From Deltaproteobacteria bacterium (GTDB lineage: Bacteria; Myxococcota_A; UBA9160; SMWR01), in NCBI GenBank assembly GCA_032128375.1, contig JAQBGU010000110.1:1-30392 (forward strand): DNA of 30,392 nt. Direction: 5' to 3'. The notes below the pieces were generated by a model. It saw only the letters and a list, made by a program, of their open reading frames with translations. It searched no databases and was not told the origin of the DNA. Positions 8,937 through 18,174 of the stretch are shown here, piece after piece (positions within the stretch are counted from its first letter, which is position 1; every line of letters begins with the position of its first letter). The translations under genes and the position numbers were made by a program.

Positions 8937-9743
8937 ATGCCTACAGAATCGATCCGAGGAATACGGATCTACTACGAGATTCACGGCTCTGGCCCGCGGC
9001 TGTTGTATGTCGGCGGCAGTGGTGGGGATCTGCGCCAGAAGCCGTCCGTCTTCGAGGGTCCGCTGGCGCGAAATTTCGAAGTGCTGTCGTACGACCAGCG
9101 CGGCCTCGGGCGAACCGACGCTCCCGACATCGCGTACTCGATGGCGGATTACGGCGAAGACGCGGCAGCGCTGCTCGACGCGATCGGTTGGGATCGGTGT
9201 CGCGCAATGGGTGTTTCGTTCGGCGGAATGGTCGCACAGGAGCTGGCGATTCGGCAGCCAGAACGCATCGAGCGGCTCGTGTTGGCCTGCACCTCGAGTG
9301 GAGGCGCAGGCAAGCCCTCCTACCCACTTCACGAACTAGAACACCTGTCGCCGGCCGATCGAGCGTTGCGCAGCATCGAGCTTTCCGACACGCGCTGTGA
9401 CACCACATGGCGCGAAGCCAACCCCGAAGCCACTCGCAATATGATCAAATTCATCACCGAGCGATCGGAAATCGCTGACAGCGAACCCGGACGAGCGATG
9501 GGCGCGCGCCGCCAGTTCGAAGCCCGCGCCGCCCACGACACCTGGGATCGGCTCTCGAGCCTGCCGATGCCGGTCTATGTTTGCGGCGGTTGCCACGACG
9601 GGATCGCGCCTGCGTCCAATCAGGAAGCGCTCGCCCGAGCGATCCCTGATTCGCGGATGGAGCTGTTCGAAGGCGGACATATGTTCCTGATGCAAGACCG
9701 CAGCGCACTGCGAAAAATCGTCGAGTTCCTGGGAGAACCTTGA
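8937..9743 (+). CDS. Alpha/beta-fold hydrolase (enol-lactonase-like family)
   Basis: YDQRGLGRT, nucleophile elbow GVSFGG, Asp in HDGIAP, His in GGHMF. Confidence 0.92.
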   Translation: MPTESIRGIRIYYEIHGSGPRLLYVGGSGGDLRQKPSVFEGPLARNFEVLSYDQRGLGRTDAPDIAYSMADYGEDAAALLDAIGWDRCRAMGVSFGGMVAQELAIRQPERIERLVLACTSSGGAGKPSYPLHELEHLSPADRALRSIELSDTRCDTTWREANPEATRNMIKFITERSEIADSEPGRAMGARRQFEARAAHDTWDRLSSLPMPVYVCGGCHDGIAPASNQEALARAIPDSRMELFEGGHMFLMQDRSALRKIVEFLGEP

Positions 9744-9747
9744 ACAG

Positions 9748-10809
9748 GTGAAGGCGACCGGGAGAACGAACCCGAGCACGACCATCCCGGTCATCGATAT
9801 CGATGCACTCGTCAACGACGCACCTGCAGCACGGCGCACTGTCGCCGCGAGCGCCATCGGCGACGCGTGTCGCGAGATTGGCTTTTTCTACGTCACCGGC
9901 CACGGTGTCGACGCGAAACTCCAAGTTCGACTCGAGGCGGCGAGCCGCGCGTTTTTTTCACTCCCGGCCGACGAGAAACTCGCGATTCGAATGGCGATCG
10001 CGGGGCGTGCTTGGCGGGGCTACTTCCCGGTCGGTGCCGAACTGACATCGGGTCGGCCCGACCTGAAGGAAGGCATCTATTTCGGTGCTGAGCTTTCCCC
10101 GGACGACCCACGTGTGCGCGCGCGTTTGCCCCTGCACGGCCCGAACCTGTTTCCGGATCAGGTACCGGGGCTGCGCCAGAGCGTGCTCTCATTCCTATCG
10201 GCGATGACACGAGTCAGTCATGCAGTGCTCGAGGGGATCGCGATGAGTCTCGATCTCGCACCCGATTACTTCTATGTCCGCTACACACGCGACCCGCTGA
10301 TCCTGTTTCGGATTTTCCACTACCCTTCTTTGCCTTGCGGGCCACCCTTGCCAGACCGGCAATCTCTGTCGCCGCCCGCGGAAAGCGACGACTCTTGGAG
10401 TGTCGGCGAACACACCGATTACGGCCTGATCGCGCTGCTGTTGCAAGACGATTGTGGAGGACTCCAGGTCCGATCGGGTTCAAACTGGATCGACGCCCCG
10501 CCAGTGCCGGGATCTTTGGTGTGCAACCTCGGAGACATGCTCGATCGGATGACCGGGGGTCGCTACCGCTCGACGCCCCATCGCGTGCGCAACACGAGCG
10601 GTCGCGGACGCCTGTCCTTTCCGTTTTTCTTCGACCCCGGGTTCGATACACGAGTCTCCCCGATCGACCCGAAGCACGTCCCCTCCGACGACCGCAGCTC
10701 GCGCTGGGATCGCCAGAACGTACACGCCTTCGACGGCAGCTACGGCGAATACCTGCTGCGCAAAGTCTCGAAGGTATTCCCCGAGCTCAGCCGCGACGAA
10801 CTGCCCTGA
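9748..10809 (+). CDS. Isopenicillin N synthase-like 2OG-Fe(II) oxygenase
   Basis: IPVIDI, ACREIGFFYVTGHGV, HTDYG...STPHRV iron ligands, RLS 2OG-binding motif. Starts 4 nt after the hydrolase stop. Confidence 0.92.
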   Translation: MKATGRTNPSTTIPVIDIDALVNDAPAARRTVAASAIGDACREIGFFYVTGHGVDAKLQVRLEAASRAFFSLPADEKLAIRMAIAGRAWRGYFPVGAELTSGRPDLKEGIYFGAELSPDDPRVRARLPLHGPNLFPDQVPGLRQSVLSFLSAMTRVSHAVLEGIAMSLDLAPDYFYVRYTRDPLILFRIFHYPSLPCGPPLPDRQSLSPPAESDDSWSVGEHTDYGLIALLLQDDCGGLQVRSGSNWIDAPPVPGSLVCNLGDMLDRMTGGRYRSTPHRVRNTSGRGRLSFPFFFDPGFDTRVSPIDPKHVPSDDRSSRWDRQNVHAFDGSYGEYLLRKVSKVFPELSRDELP

Positions 10810-10934
10810 CGGCGGAGTCGACGCGGCTAGGCCTACAGGCTGGACACGATCGCGAACCCGGTGATGGAGTAGGCTTGTTGCAGCCGGGTAGACGGCGATC
10901 GCATAGACGGTATTTGGAGAAACCGGGAGACCCC

Positions 10935-11990
10935 ATGACCTACCGCGTCATCCAGTGGAGCACAGGAAATGTCGGCCGCTACGCGCTGCGAGCCACGATC
11001 GCTCACCCCGAACTCGAGCTGGTCGGTCTCTGGGTGCATTCAGAAGCGAAGGAAGGACTCGATGCGGGCGAATTGTGTGGTGTCGCACCGGTGGGGATTG
11101 CCGCAACGCGAGACGCCGACGCACTGTTGGCGCTCGATGCCGATTGCGTCATCTACACCGCGACCGCCGATCTTCGGATGATGGCCGCCATCGAGGACAT
11201 CTGCCGAATCCTGCGAGCCGGCAAGAACGTCGTGTCGAGTTCGCTCGTCAGCCTGGTCCATCCCACCACGCTCGGTCCCGAGCTGCAAAAACGCCTCGAA
11301 GAAGCATGCCGCGACGGTGACGCGTCCTTGTTTATCTCGGGTATCGACCCGGGCTTTGCAAACGACCTATTGCCGCTGACGTTGTCTGGATTGAGTGAAC
11401 ATTGGACTCAGATTCGCATCCGAGAAATCGTCAACTACGCGACCTACGACCAACCCGAAGTGGTGCTCGGAACAATGGGTTTCGGCAAACCGATGGACGA
11501 AATGCCGCTACTGCTGAAGCCCGGTATGCTGGCATCGGGATGGGGCGGGACGATCCGGTTGCTCGCACAGGGCGTCGGCGTCGAACTCGACGAAGTGCGC
11601 CAGCAGTTCGAATGCCTGCCCGCCCCGCGCGATCTCGACACTGCGATGGGTACGATCAAAGCCGGCACGCGTGCAGCGCTGCGCTTCGAGGTGCAGGGCA
11701 TCGTCGACGGCCAGGTGCGCCTGGTCGTCGAGCATGTGACCCGGATGCACGACGAGCTTGCGCCCGACTGGCCGCAGTCGGCCGGCGGCTATGAAATCGT
11801 CATCGAGGGCGTTCCGCGGATCGTGTGCCGGCTCGACATGGAGGACGAACACGGCGACCACGCAGTCGGCGGCGTCGTGCTGACCGCCACACGCATCGTC
11901 AACGCGATCCCATCGGTGGTAGCAGGCGAGCCGCGCCCACTCACGGCTCTCGATCTGCCACTCGTCACCGGAACGGGTTTGATGAAGTAG
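10935..11990 (+). CDS. NAD(P)-dependent oxidoreductase, DapB-N / 2,4-diaminopentanoate dehydrogenase-like family
   Basis: N-terminal Rossmann RVIQWSTGNVG, K.G.DAGELCG, LRAGKNVV, SGIDPGFAND, TATRIVNAIP.V. ATG 10935 follows GGGAGA; the ORF-track 5' extension overlaps the previous gene. Confidence 0.85.
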   Translation: MTYRVIQWSTGNVGRYALRATIAHPELELVGLWVHSEAKEGLDAGELCGVAPVGIAATRDADALLALDADCVIYTATADLRMMAAIEDICRILRAGKNVVSSSLVSLVHPTTLGPELQKRLEEACRDGDASLFISGIDPGFANDLLPLTLSGLSEHWTQIRIREIVNYATYDQPEVVLGTMGFGKPMDEMPLLLKPGMLASGWGGTIRLLAQGVGVELDEVRQQFECLPAPRDLDTAMGTIKAGTRAALRFEVQGIVDGQVRLVVEHVTRMHDELAPDWPQSAGGYEIVIEGVPRIVCRLDMEDEHGDHAVGGVVLTATRIVNAIPSVVAGEPRPLTALDLPLVTGTGLMK

Positions 11991-12133
11991 CCTCCCGAGT
12001 AGTCAGGAAACCGTCCGTCAGCAGTCGATGCCTTGATTCGAATGACTTCGGAAGCGGAGTCGGCCAGGTATGGCCTCCGCGGAAGTCAAGCGCGTCGCTG
12101 TCCGCCTGGCCTGTTTCGAATCGGGGTTGGTCG

Positions 12134-12187
12134 CGCGACCCAAGATGGGTCGCGACTGCGTGAAAGCATTCGCCGCGCAGCGGCGAA
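12134..12187. terminator. Pair of GC-rich hairpins between convergent genes
   Basis: CGCGACCCA-AGA-TGGGTCGCG (12134-12154) and TTCGCCGC-GCA-GCGGCGAA (12169-12187). No clear U tract. Confidence 0.4.
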
Positions 12188-12316
12188 CGCGCAAACTAGT
12201 GCAACACCCGCCAAGTTTCGGTACCCATGATTGAAGCCGACAGAACGCTCTTCTCCGTCGGACAACGCGACGGTGATCCCTTTGTCAGCATGTACCAGAA
12301 CTTTCCGGATGTGCCA

Positions 12317-13402
12317 CTAGTCCATGACTTCGCGCATCGACGCCATATCGGGCAACGGGTAGTAGTCCTTTCCCTGCTTGCGCCAGCGGCGCGCCCGGCG
12401 CATGAACTCGGGGCCACCCGAACCGAAAATGTGTTCCAGGTTCTTCATCTGGCGGAAGAAATTCCACGAATCGGGGTTGAGTTCGACCGCGCGCTTCAGG
12501 AAGTTCGCGGCTTCGTGCTGGTCACCATGTTTCCAGAGAAATTGACCTATGTGGAAGTTGGCGTGCGCGAGCGCGATCTCTTCTGTGAAAACCGGCAGGT
12601 GGGCGCGCGCCTGCTCATGGGAGAACGCGAATTCGCTCCGCTCACCATTGCGAACCCAGTCGCGAATCGCGTCACAGTAGATTTGTCGGGTTCTTCTGAT
12701 CTTGCTGAGATTCAGTGTGACTGCGGCACCACTGACTTCGCTGGGCCGGACGATTTTGCCCGCCTCGTCAATCCAGACGGCCTGTGGCACGTTCACCATG
12801 TTATACAGTTCGGCTACCAGGTGATTCTCATCGAGCAAGGAAGTGTAGGTCGTCTTCGCGCGCGTGATCGGTCCGCGCACTGCATCGAGACCGCGGCTGT
12901 CCATCGCCACCGCTATGATCATGAAACCCTGGTCCTTGAGTTCGTCGTACAGTTTCTGCCACACGGACAGATCGAATCGGCAGCCTCACCACGACGCCCA
13001 GGTTGCAAGAAAGACCTTCTTGCCGCGAAAATCCGACAGGCTGTGCAGCTTGCCTTCGATATCGGGAAGCGTGAAGTCGGGCGCCTCGAGTGATTCCAGC
13101 AGGCGACTCCGGTCGGCCGCAGCCTCACCCAACAGCCAGGTTGTCGGTTCGGAATCGCGAAGCACGGGCCGGCCGAGCAACTCCCACAGGCCCGAAGCGT
13201 GAACCAGATCGCCTTCGAGAAGCATCGCGGCTGCCGCAGCGTCCAGCGGCTTGCAGACCTCTCCTTTGCAGATTCCTTCCGGTTTCAGCTGCCAGCCGGT
13301 CAGTGCGCTCAGCACATCCCGGGTGATCCACAATTCGTCTTTCGGCCGATCGGGCGGGGTCGAAACGGCCATTTGCTTGTCTGCGCTCAAGAGTTGGATC
13401 AT
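12317..13402 (-). CDS. Selenocysteine-containing thioredoxin-fold redoxin (TlpA/ResA/AhpC-like, WAxxUGC motif) with C-terminal TPR-like helices
   Basis: ORFs 12986..13498 and 12317..12964 share a frame and are interrupted by one TGA (12986-12988). Read-through gives [43 protein letters not shown]...NVPQAVWIDE. ATG 13402 with RBS GAGGAGG gives 361 aa with Sec at residue 139. Confidence 0.9.
12955..12985 (-). promoter_or_regulatory. Candidate bacterial SECIS element
   Basis: 3' of the UGA, UCUGUC-CGUGU-GGCAGA forms a 6-bp stem (one G-U pair) with a 5-nt apical loop. The loop starts 21 nt after the UGA and has G followed by U at positions 2-3, as in the bacterial SECIS consensus. Confidence 0.65.
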
Positions 13403-13519
13403 CGAAGTTTCCTCCTCTGGGCTTATTTGCCCTGGGGAACCTTTTGGACCGCATTTCGAACCATTTGATTCTACTGCCGATTGCGAGATCAGTTCCACCG
13501 GTAAACTCGTCCGACCGAA

Positions 13520-14818
13520 ATGACGGCAGCCTTGACCACCCGAAGAGCGGAACCCGACGATCCGAACCCGCTGAGAGCATTTCGTGCGGGTTACTGGTTC
13601 GGCGGTTTCAACGGACTGACCTGGATGATGGGCCTCGGGACGCCGATGGTCCTGCTGACCGAGCAGCTTGGCGGATCGACGTTTCAGGTGGGGCTCGCGA
13701 GTTCGTTCGTATTGCTGCTATTTCCGATTCAGGTCGTAGCGACCGCTGCCCTGCCCCGTTTCGGCTATCAGCGCCAGATGGTCTTCGGCTGGAGCAGCCG
13801 CGCGGTGTTCTTGGGGGTCCCACTCTCGCTTGCCTGGCTGGCACCCGAAAGTCCCACGGCCTGGATGCCGAACGCGGTCGTCGCGAGCGTGTTCGGGTTC
13901 TGCACGTTTCGCGCCTTCGGTGTAGCCGCGCACATTCCGTGGTTCGCTGCGATTCTGCCCGACGCGTCGCGCGGCCGGTTCTTTGCCACCGACAACGCGA
14001 TCACCAGCGCGGTCGGTGTGGCAGCGCTATTCGGCTGCGCGGCACTGTTCGCTCAGCTGCCGACCTATCACGCATTTCGCGCCGCGTACGCGATCGCGGT
14101 GGTCGGCTCGACACTCGCGGTCGTCAACCTGCTGCGCCTGCCGGCCGGCCCACCCGCGCCCCGCTCTCCGCTATCGCAGATGGCCGGACGCACGCTGAGC
14201 CTGTGCGTCGAACCGGGTTTGTTCCGTCAGTATCTGATCGTCAGCTTGCTGTGGTTGGTAGCGACGGCGCCCATCCCGGCGTTCGCGGCGTACTACTTGA
14301 AAGTCGAGGCGGGCATCGAATCGAGCAGCATCCTCGCGTATACCGGCGTGCAGTTCATCGGCCAGATCGCCGGTGCCTGGAGTATCCGTCAATGGATCGA
14401 CCGGGTGTCGATCCGGCGCTTCTTCCAAGTGGCGAGCGGCTTCGCGATCGCAGTCGCGCTGCTGTGGCTCGGAATCCTCTCGGGCGCCGGACAGTTCGCA
14501 GCGGTGCTGTGGCTCACCTACCTGCTGTTCGGGGTCGCGGTCGGGTTGTCGCAAGCAGCCCACTTCACCTACCTGCCGGAGCTCTCCGAGCCGCACCAAC
14601 GACCGATCACCATCGCCATCTTCGGCGCGGTAGCCGGGCTGTTATCCGGGATCGCGCCGATGTTGTGGGGCCTGGGCCTGCGCAGCGAAGGAATCGCGCC
14701 GGGCATTGACCTGCGGGTCTTCGCGATGTTCTTCGCTACGACGATCGCGATGTCGGTGTTCGGAATCGCGCTTCTCAATGCGTTGCCCGATACCCGAGCC
14801 GGACGCGACCGCCTCTGA
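13520..14818 (+). CDS. MFS-type transporter
   Basis: About 12 hydrophobic segments in two halves; RGRFF and IDRVSIRR loop motifs. Divergent from the selenoprotein gene. Confidence 0.82.
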   Translation: MTAALTTRRAEPDDPNPLRAFRAGYWFGGFNGLTWMMGLGTPMVLLTEQLGGSTFQVGLASSFVLLLFPIQVVATAALPRFGYQRQMVFGWSSRAVFLGVPLSLAWLAPESPTAWMPNAVVASVFGFCTFRAFGVAAHIPWFAAILPDASRGRFFATDNAITSAVGVAALFGCAALFAQLPTYHAFRAAYAIAVVGSTLAVVNLLRLPAGPPAPRSPLSQMAGRTLSLCVEPGLFRQYLIVSLLWLVATAPIPAFAAYYLKVEAGIESSSILAYTGVQFIGQIAGAWSIRQWIDRVSIRRFFQVASGFAIAVALLWLGILSGAGQFAAVLWLTYLLFGVAVGLSQAAHFTYLPELSEPHQRPITIAIFGAVAGLLSGIAPMLWGLGLRSEGIAPGIDLRVFAMFFATTIAMSVFGIALLNALPDTRAGRDRL

Positions 14819-14841
14819 GGCCGCCCTTGCACGGGGCCGAA

Positions 14842-14964
14842 TCAGAAGGGTTTGTCTCCAGTCACCGTGACGCGCTCCACGTGCCGTGTTGCCGGGTGAT
14901 AGTCGAAGGCCGCGTAGTGCGGTACAGCGCGGTTGTCCCAGAACGCCACCGAGTTCTGCTGCCT
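14842..14964 (-). pseudogene. Remnant 3' end of a TauD/TfdA family dioxygenase
   Basis: Reads RQQNSVAFWDNRAVPHYAAFDYHPATRHVERVTVTGDKPF*, the typical TauD C-terminus (WDNR..xH...DY....R...RVT..GD.P). An in-frame stop lies just upstream (14983-14985). Confidence 0.85.
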
Positions 14965-15358
14965 GCTTAGCACGTGTCCAAGTTACCGCCGTGACCTCGC
15001 CCCAGAGTGCCTCGGCATCGCCATGAGCGAAAGCGGCATTGGTGCTCGGGCGGGGCGGCCTGGCGATACAAGCTCTCGGCGGGCTCCATGCCTTCGGCAT
15101 GGGTCGTGAACACCGAATTTCAAAGAGCGACGTGCACAGCCACGCCAATGTCCTGATCACGGACATGGCGATCTCCGTGTGGCAGTCTCCGTGGATCAAT
15201 CCGCAGTTGGAGACCCTCGACCAGCAGCATCCGGCGCCGACGAGCCGCATGTCGCTCGCCCTTGCCGCGAACGATTGAGCCCATGAACAGCCTCGAGCCA
15301 ATAAACAACCGTGCCGCAAGCCAATCGAGCCGCTGAAACGCGAGCCCAGGAGCCTTCC

Positions 15359-16147
15359 ATGCCCGATCCGGTACTTGTCGTCCAACGCGACGCGCCGATT
15401 GCCACCGTCACGCTGAATCGTCCCGATCAAATGAATGCGCTGTCGACCGAGCTGCGACTCGCGATCGGACGGGCCTTTCGCGAGCTGGAGCAGGATCCAG
15501 AAATTCGCGTAGTCATCGTGACCGGAGCCGGTCGCGCGTTTTGCGCCGGTATGGACCTGAAGGAACTATCCAGCGGCGGAGAGGCTACCAGCGGCTTCGA
15601 ATTGAGCGTAGTGGGACAACAGGAGATGCGAGACGGCATTGCGAATTTCTCGGGCCCGGTGATCGCCGCGGTCAATGGAGCAGCCGCAACGGCCGGCTTC
15701 GAACTCGCATTGGCGTGCGATCTGATCTTGGCGTCGTCGAAGGCCACGTTTCTCGACACGCACGCACGCGTCGGGATGCTACCGGGCTGGGGGCTGAGCG
15801 TTCGGCTCGCGCGCAGCATCGGGGTCGCCCGCGCAAAAGAAATCAGCCTGTCGGGCAACGCGCTCGATGCAGCGAAGGCCTACGCGTGGGGCCTCGTCAA
15901 TCGAGTCGTCGAACCTGACGAGCTGATCGACAGCGCGCGAGCGCTGGCTCGCGACTTTGCGTCGTGCGTGCCGGAAATCGTCAGCCAGTACAAGACGCTC
16001 ATCGACCGCGGCTATTCGATGCACCTCGCTGACGCGTTGCAAGCGGAATTCGAAGCCGGCGTCGCAGCGTCGAAGCAGATCGGCAGTCGCGAGATCGCAG
16101 CACGCAGCAAGCAGGTCATCGAGCGCGGTGGCCAGCCAGGTCGGTGA
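15359..16147 (+). CDS. Enoyl-CoA hydratase/isomerase family protein
   Basis: TLNRP...NALS, RAFCAGMDL, AGFELALACD and DTHARVG.LPGWG (His at the second catalytic Glu position); RBS AGGAG. Confidence 0.92.
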   Translation: MPDPVLVVQRDAPIATVTLNRPDQMNALSTELRLAIGRAFRELEQDPEIRVVIVTGAGRAFCAGMDLKELSSGGEATSGFELSVVGQQEMRDGIANFSGPVIAAVNGAAATAGFELALACDLILASSKATFLDTHARVGMLPGWGLSVRLARSIGVARAKEISLSGNALDAAKAYAWGLVNRVVEPDELIDSARALARDFASCVPEIVSQYKTLIDRGYSMHLADALQAEFEAGVAASKQIGSREIAARSKQVIERGGQPGR

Positions 16148-16187
16148 AGCGGGCGGATTCGACCAGATCCCGATCATCCCCCTCGGC

Positions 16188-16618
16188 CGTCTCGAGCTCG
16201 TCGCTCGAGTAGACGCGATTCACAAGGCCGAGCGTGTGCGCTTCTTCTGCCTCGAGAAATCGGCTTTCGAAAATCAGCTCTTTGGCCTTGCGGGGATGGA
16301 TATCCCACGGAATCGAGAAGTCTCGACCAGCCCGGCGAGAAAGCGCGCGTCGGGGCTCGCGAAGACGAGTTCCATCGCAGAGACAATCATCCAGCCACCG
16401 AAAATGCAATAACCCTGCACCATCGCAATCGTAGGCTTCGATTGTTTCGACACTCGAGCGTGTAGTCTAGGTTGCGTCGGGGTTTTCCATCGCCTCGTCG
16501 AGGCGCGCATCGAGCGCGTCGAGCATCGCCCAGCTCCGTGCGTTTCGGTAGCGTGGACGATTGAGCGTGAGGATCGCAACAGCTCATCGCATTCGATCAA
16601 GACATCGTCAGTGGGCAT
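16188..16618 (-). pseudogene. Degraded enoyl-CoA hydratase
   Basis: RBS GGAGGAG and ATG 16618. Pieces in shifting frames: MPTDDVLIECDE / VAILTLNRPRYRNARSWAMLDALDARLDEAMENPD / [deletion of the FCAG.D region] NLDYTLECRN / SKPTIAMVQGYCIFGGWMIVSAMELVFASPDARFLAGLVE / FSIPWDIHPRKAKELIFESRFLEAEEAHTLGLVNRVY. The C-terminal domain is lost. Confidence 0.88.
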
Positions 16619-16837
16619 GGGCTCCTCCCAATCGGGCCGAGCCAGTCTACGACAGCCTCGCAGCCTGTACGCGCCGGCCATCTCGACATCGCATCGTCGG
16701 CTGCTGGTCGCGTGTATCGTCCCGCCAACTGCCCAGCGCAAGCAACGCTCGCTACTCTGTTTCTGACGAAATCAATTGGCCTCACTCCGAACCTGACAGT
16801 TCGGAAGGGCCAACTATTCCGAATTCGAGGAGAAATC

Positions 16838-18031
16838 ATGTCCTTCCAGGTACCGGAACACGTACAACCCATCCGCGCCGCGGTTCAGAGTTTCGTCGAA
16901 GAGAAAATCTACCCGGTCGAGTCGATTCTCGAGGAGAGAGGTTCGAGCGAAGCGCGAGTGGTGATGCGTCGGCTGATGGACGAGGCGAAAGAAGCCGGCC
17001 TGTGGGCACTGGGACATCCCAAGGAAATCGGCGGCCAGGGCATGCCGTTTCTCGACTACGTGTACATCAACGAGGTGATCGGTCGATCCACACCGGCGAT
17101 GGTCGCGCTCGGCACCCACTCGCTGCAGGATTCGATCATGTTGAACGAGTTCGCATCCGAACAGTGGCGCGACCGATACCTGAAACCCCTGGTCGATGGC
17201 GAGGTGTTTCCGAGCTTTGGCATGACCGAACCCGATGTCGCCAGCTCTGACCCGACCCAACTACAAACCGCTGCGGTCCTCGAGGCAGGCGAATGGGTGA
17301 TCAACGGGCGCAAGTGGTTCACGTCGGGAGCCGATGTCGCGGCCTACACCACCGTCATGTGTCGCACCGAGCCAGAGGCGGCGGACCACGATGCCTTCAG
17401 CATGATCGTGGTTCCGACGAATACGCCCGGTTACCAGATTGCACGCGAACCGCGCGTGATGGGTCGACACGGAGGGCACTGCGAAATTTCACTGCGCAAC
17501 GTTCGGGTCCCCGAGTCGAACCTGCTCGGGCCTCGGGGGGCCGGTTTCAAGATCGCCCAACGCCGGCTCGGCCCCGGCCGTATCTTTCACTGCATGCGCT
17601 GGCTCGGCCAGGCTCAACGCGCGTTCGACTTGATGTGCGACAGGGCCAACAACCGCGTCGCATTCGGCAAGCGGCTCGGCGAGCACCAGCAGATTCAAAA
17701 ATTCGTCTTCGACAGCCTCTGCGAAATCCAGGCAAGCCGCATGTTGACGTTGGCGGCCGCCCACAAGATCGACCAGGGCGACGAAGCACGTGTCGAAATC
17801 GGCATGATCAAAGTCGTCGGCGCGACGATGCTCCACAACGTGATCGACCGCGCGATCCAGGTCCACGGCGCCAAGGGCGTCACAGACGATACACCGCTGG
17901 AACGCATGTACCGCGAGGCGCGCTTCGCGCGCATCTACGACGGCCCCGACGAGGTCCACGTGATGACAACCGCGCGGAGGGTTCTGAAGTCGTACGCGAT
18001 CGGCGACGGGTGGGACTTCGGATCGCGCTGA
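16838..18031 (+). CDS. Acyl-CoA dehydrogenase (ACAD10/11-like, Asp-type active site)
   Basis: FGMTEPDVASSD, WVINGRKWFTSGA, AQRRLGPGRIFHCMR, RIYDGPDEVH; RBS GAGGAG. Confidence 0.95.
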   Translation: MSFQVPEHVQPIRAAVQSFVEEKIYPVESILEERGSSEARVVMRRLMDEAKEAGLWALGHPKEIGGQGMPFLDYVYINEVIGRSTPAMVALGTHSLQDSIMLNEFASEQWRDRYLKPLVDGEVFPSFGMTEPDVASSDPTQLQTAAVLEAGEWVINGRKWFTSGADVAAYTTVMCRTEPEAADHDAFSMIVVPTNTPGYQIAREPRVMGRHGGHCEISLRNVRVPESNLLGPRGAGFKIAQRRLGPGRIFHCMRWLGQAQRAFDLMCDRANNRVAFGKRLGEHQQIQKFVFDSLCEIQASRMLTLAAAHKIDQGDEARVEIGMIKVVGATMLHNVIDRAIQVHGAKGVTDDTPLERMYREARFARIYDGPDEVHVMTTARRVLKSYAIGDGWDFGSR

Positions 18032-18174
18032 ACGAGCGCACGGTGTGTGTGAAGGTGCACTACCACCTCGTGATTGCCAGCCGTGCAGCAGCCGAGACCT
18101 CCGTGGCAGTTCTTGGAACCGCGAGGTCGTCGGCAGGCCCTGATCCCGTCGAAGCTGCGAAACGATCAGCAGGA

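Noticed and set aside
10335..10934. 200-aa N-terminal extension of the 551-aa ORF
   Set aside because: Overlaps the 2OG oxygenase in another frame and is Arg/Pro-rich shadow sequence; the real start is ATG 10935.
12001..12030. GTCAGG...AGCAG resembling the SRP RNA core
   Set aside because: Lacks the CCGGAAGG tetraloop stem and the long flanking helix.
12986..12988. TGA as a nonsense mutation (pseudogene) or genetic-code reassignment
   Set aside because: It falls precisely on the redox Cys position with a SECIS-like hairpin behind it. TGA is a normal stop in many other genes here and Trp uses TGG.
12227..13093. 288-aa plus-strand ORF
   Set aside because: Antisense shadow of the selenoprotein gene.
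15039..15278. 79-aa plus ORF, and a minus-strand LIHGDCH resembling a phosphotransferase motif
   Set aside because: No RBS and no further family motifs (no Asn after HGDxH, no downstream D-W/F-E). It may be another remnant but cannot be supported without a search.
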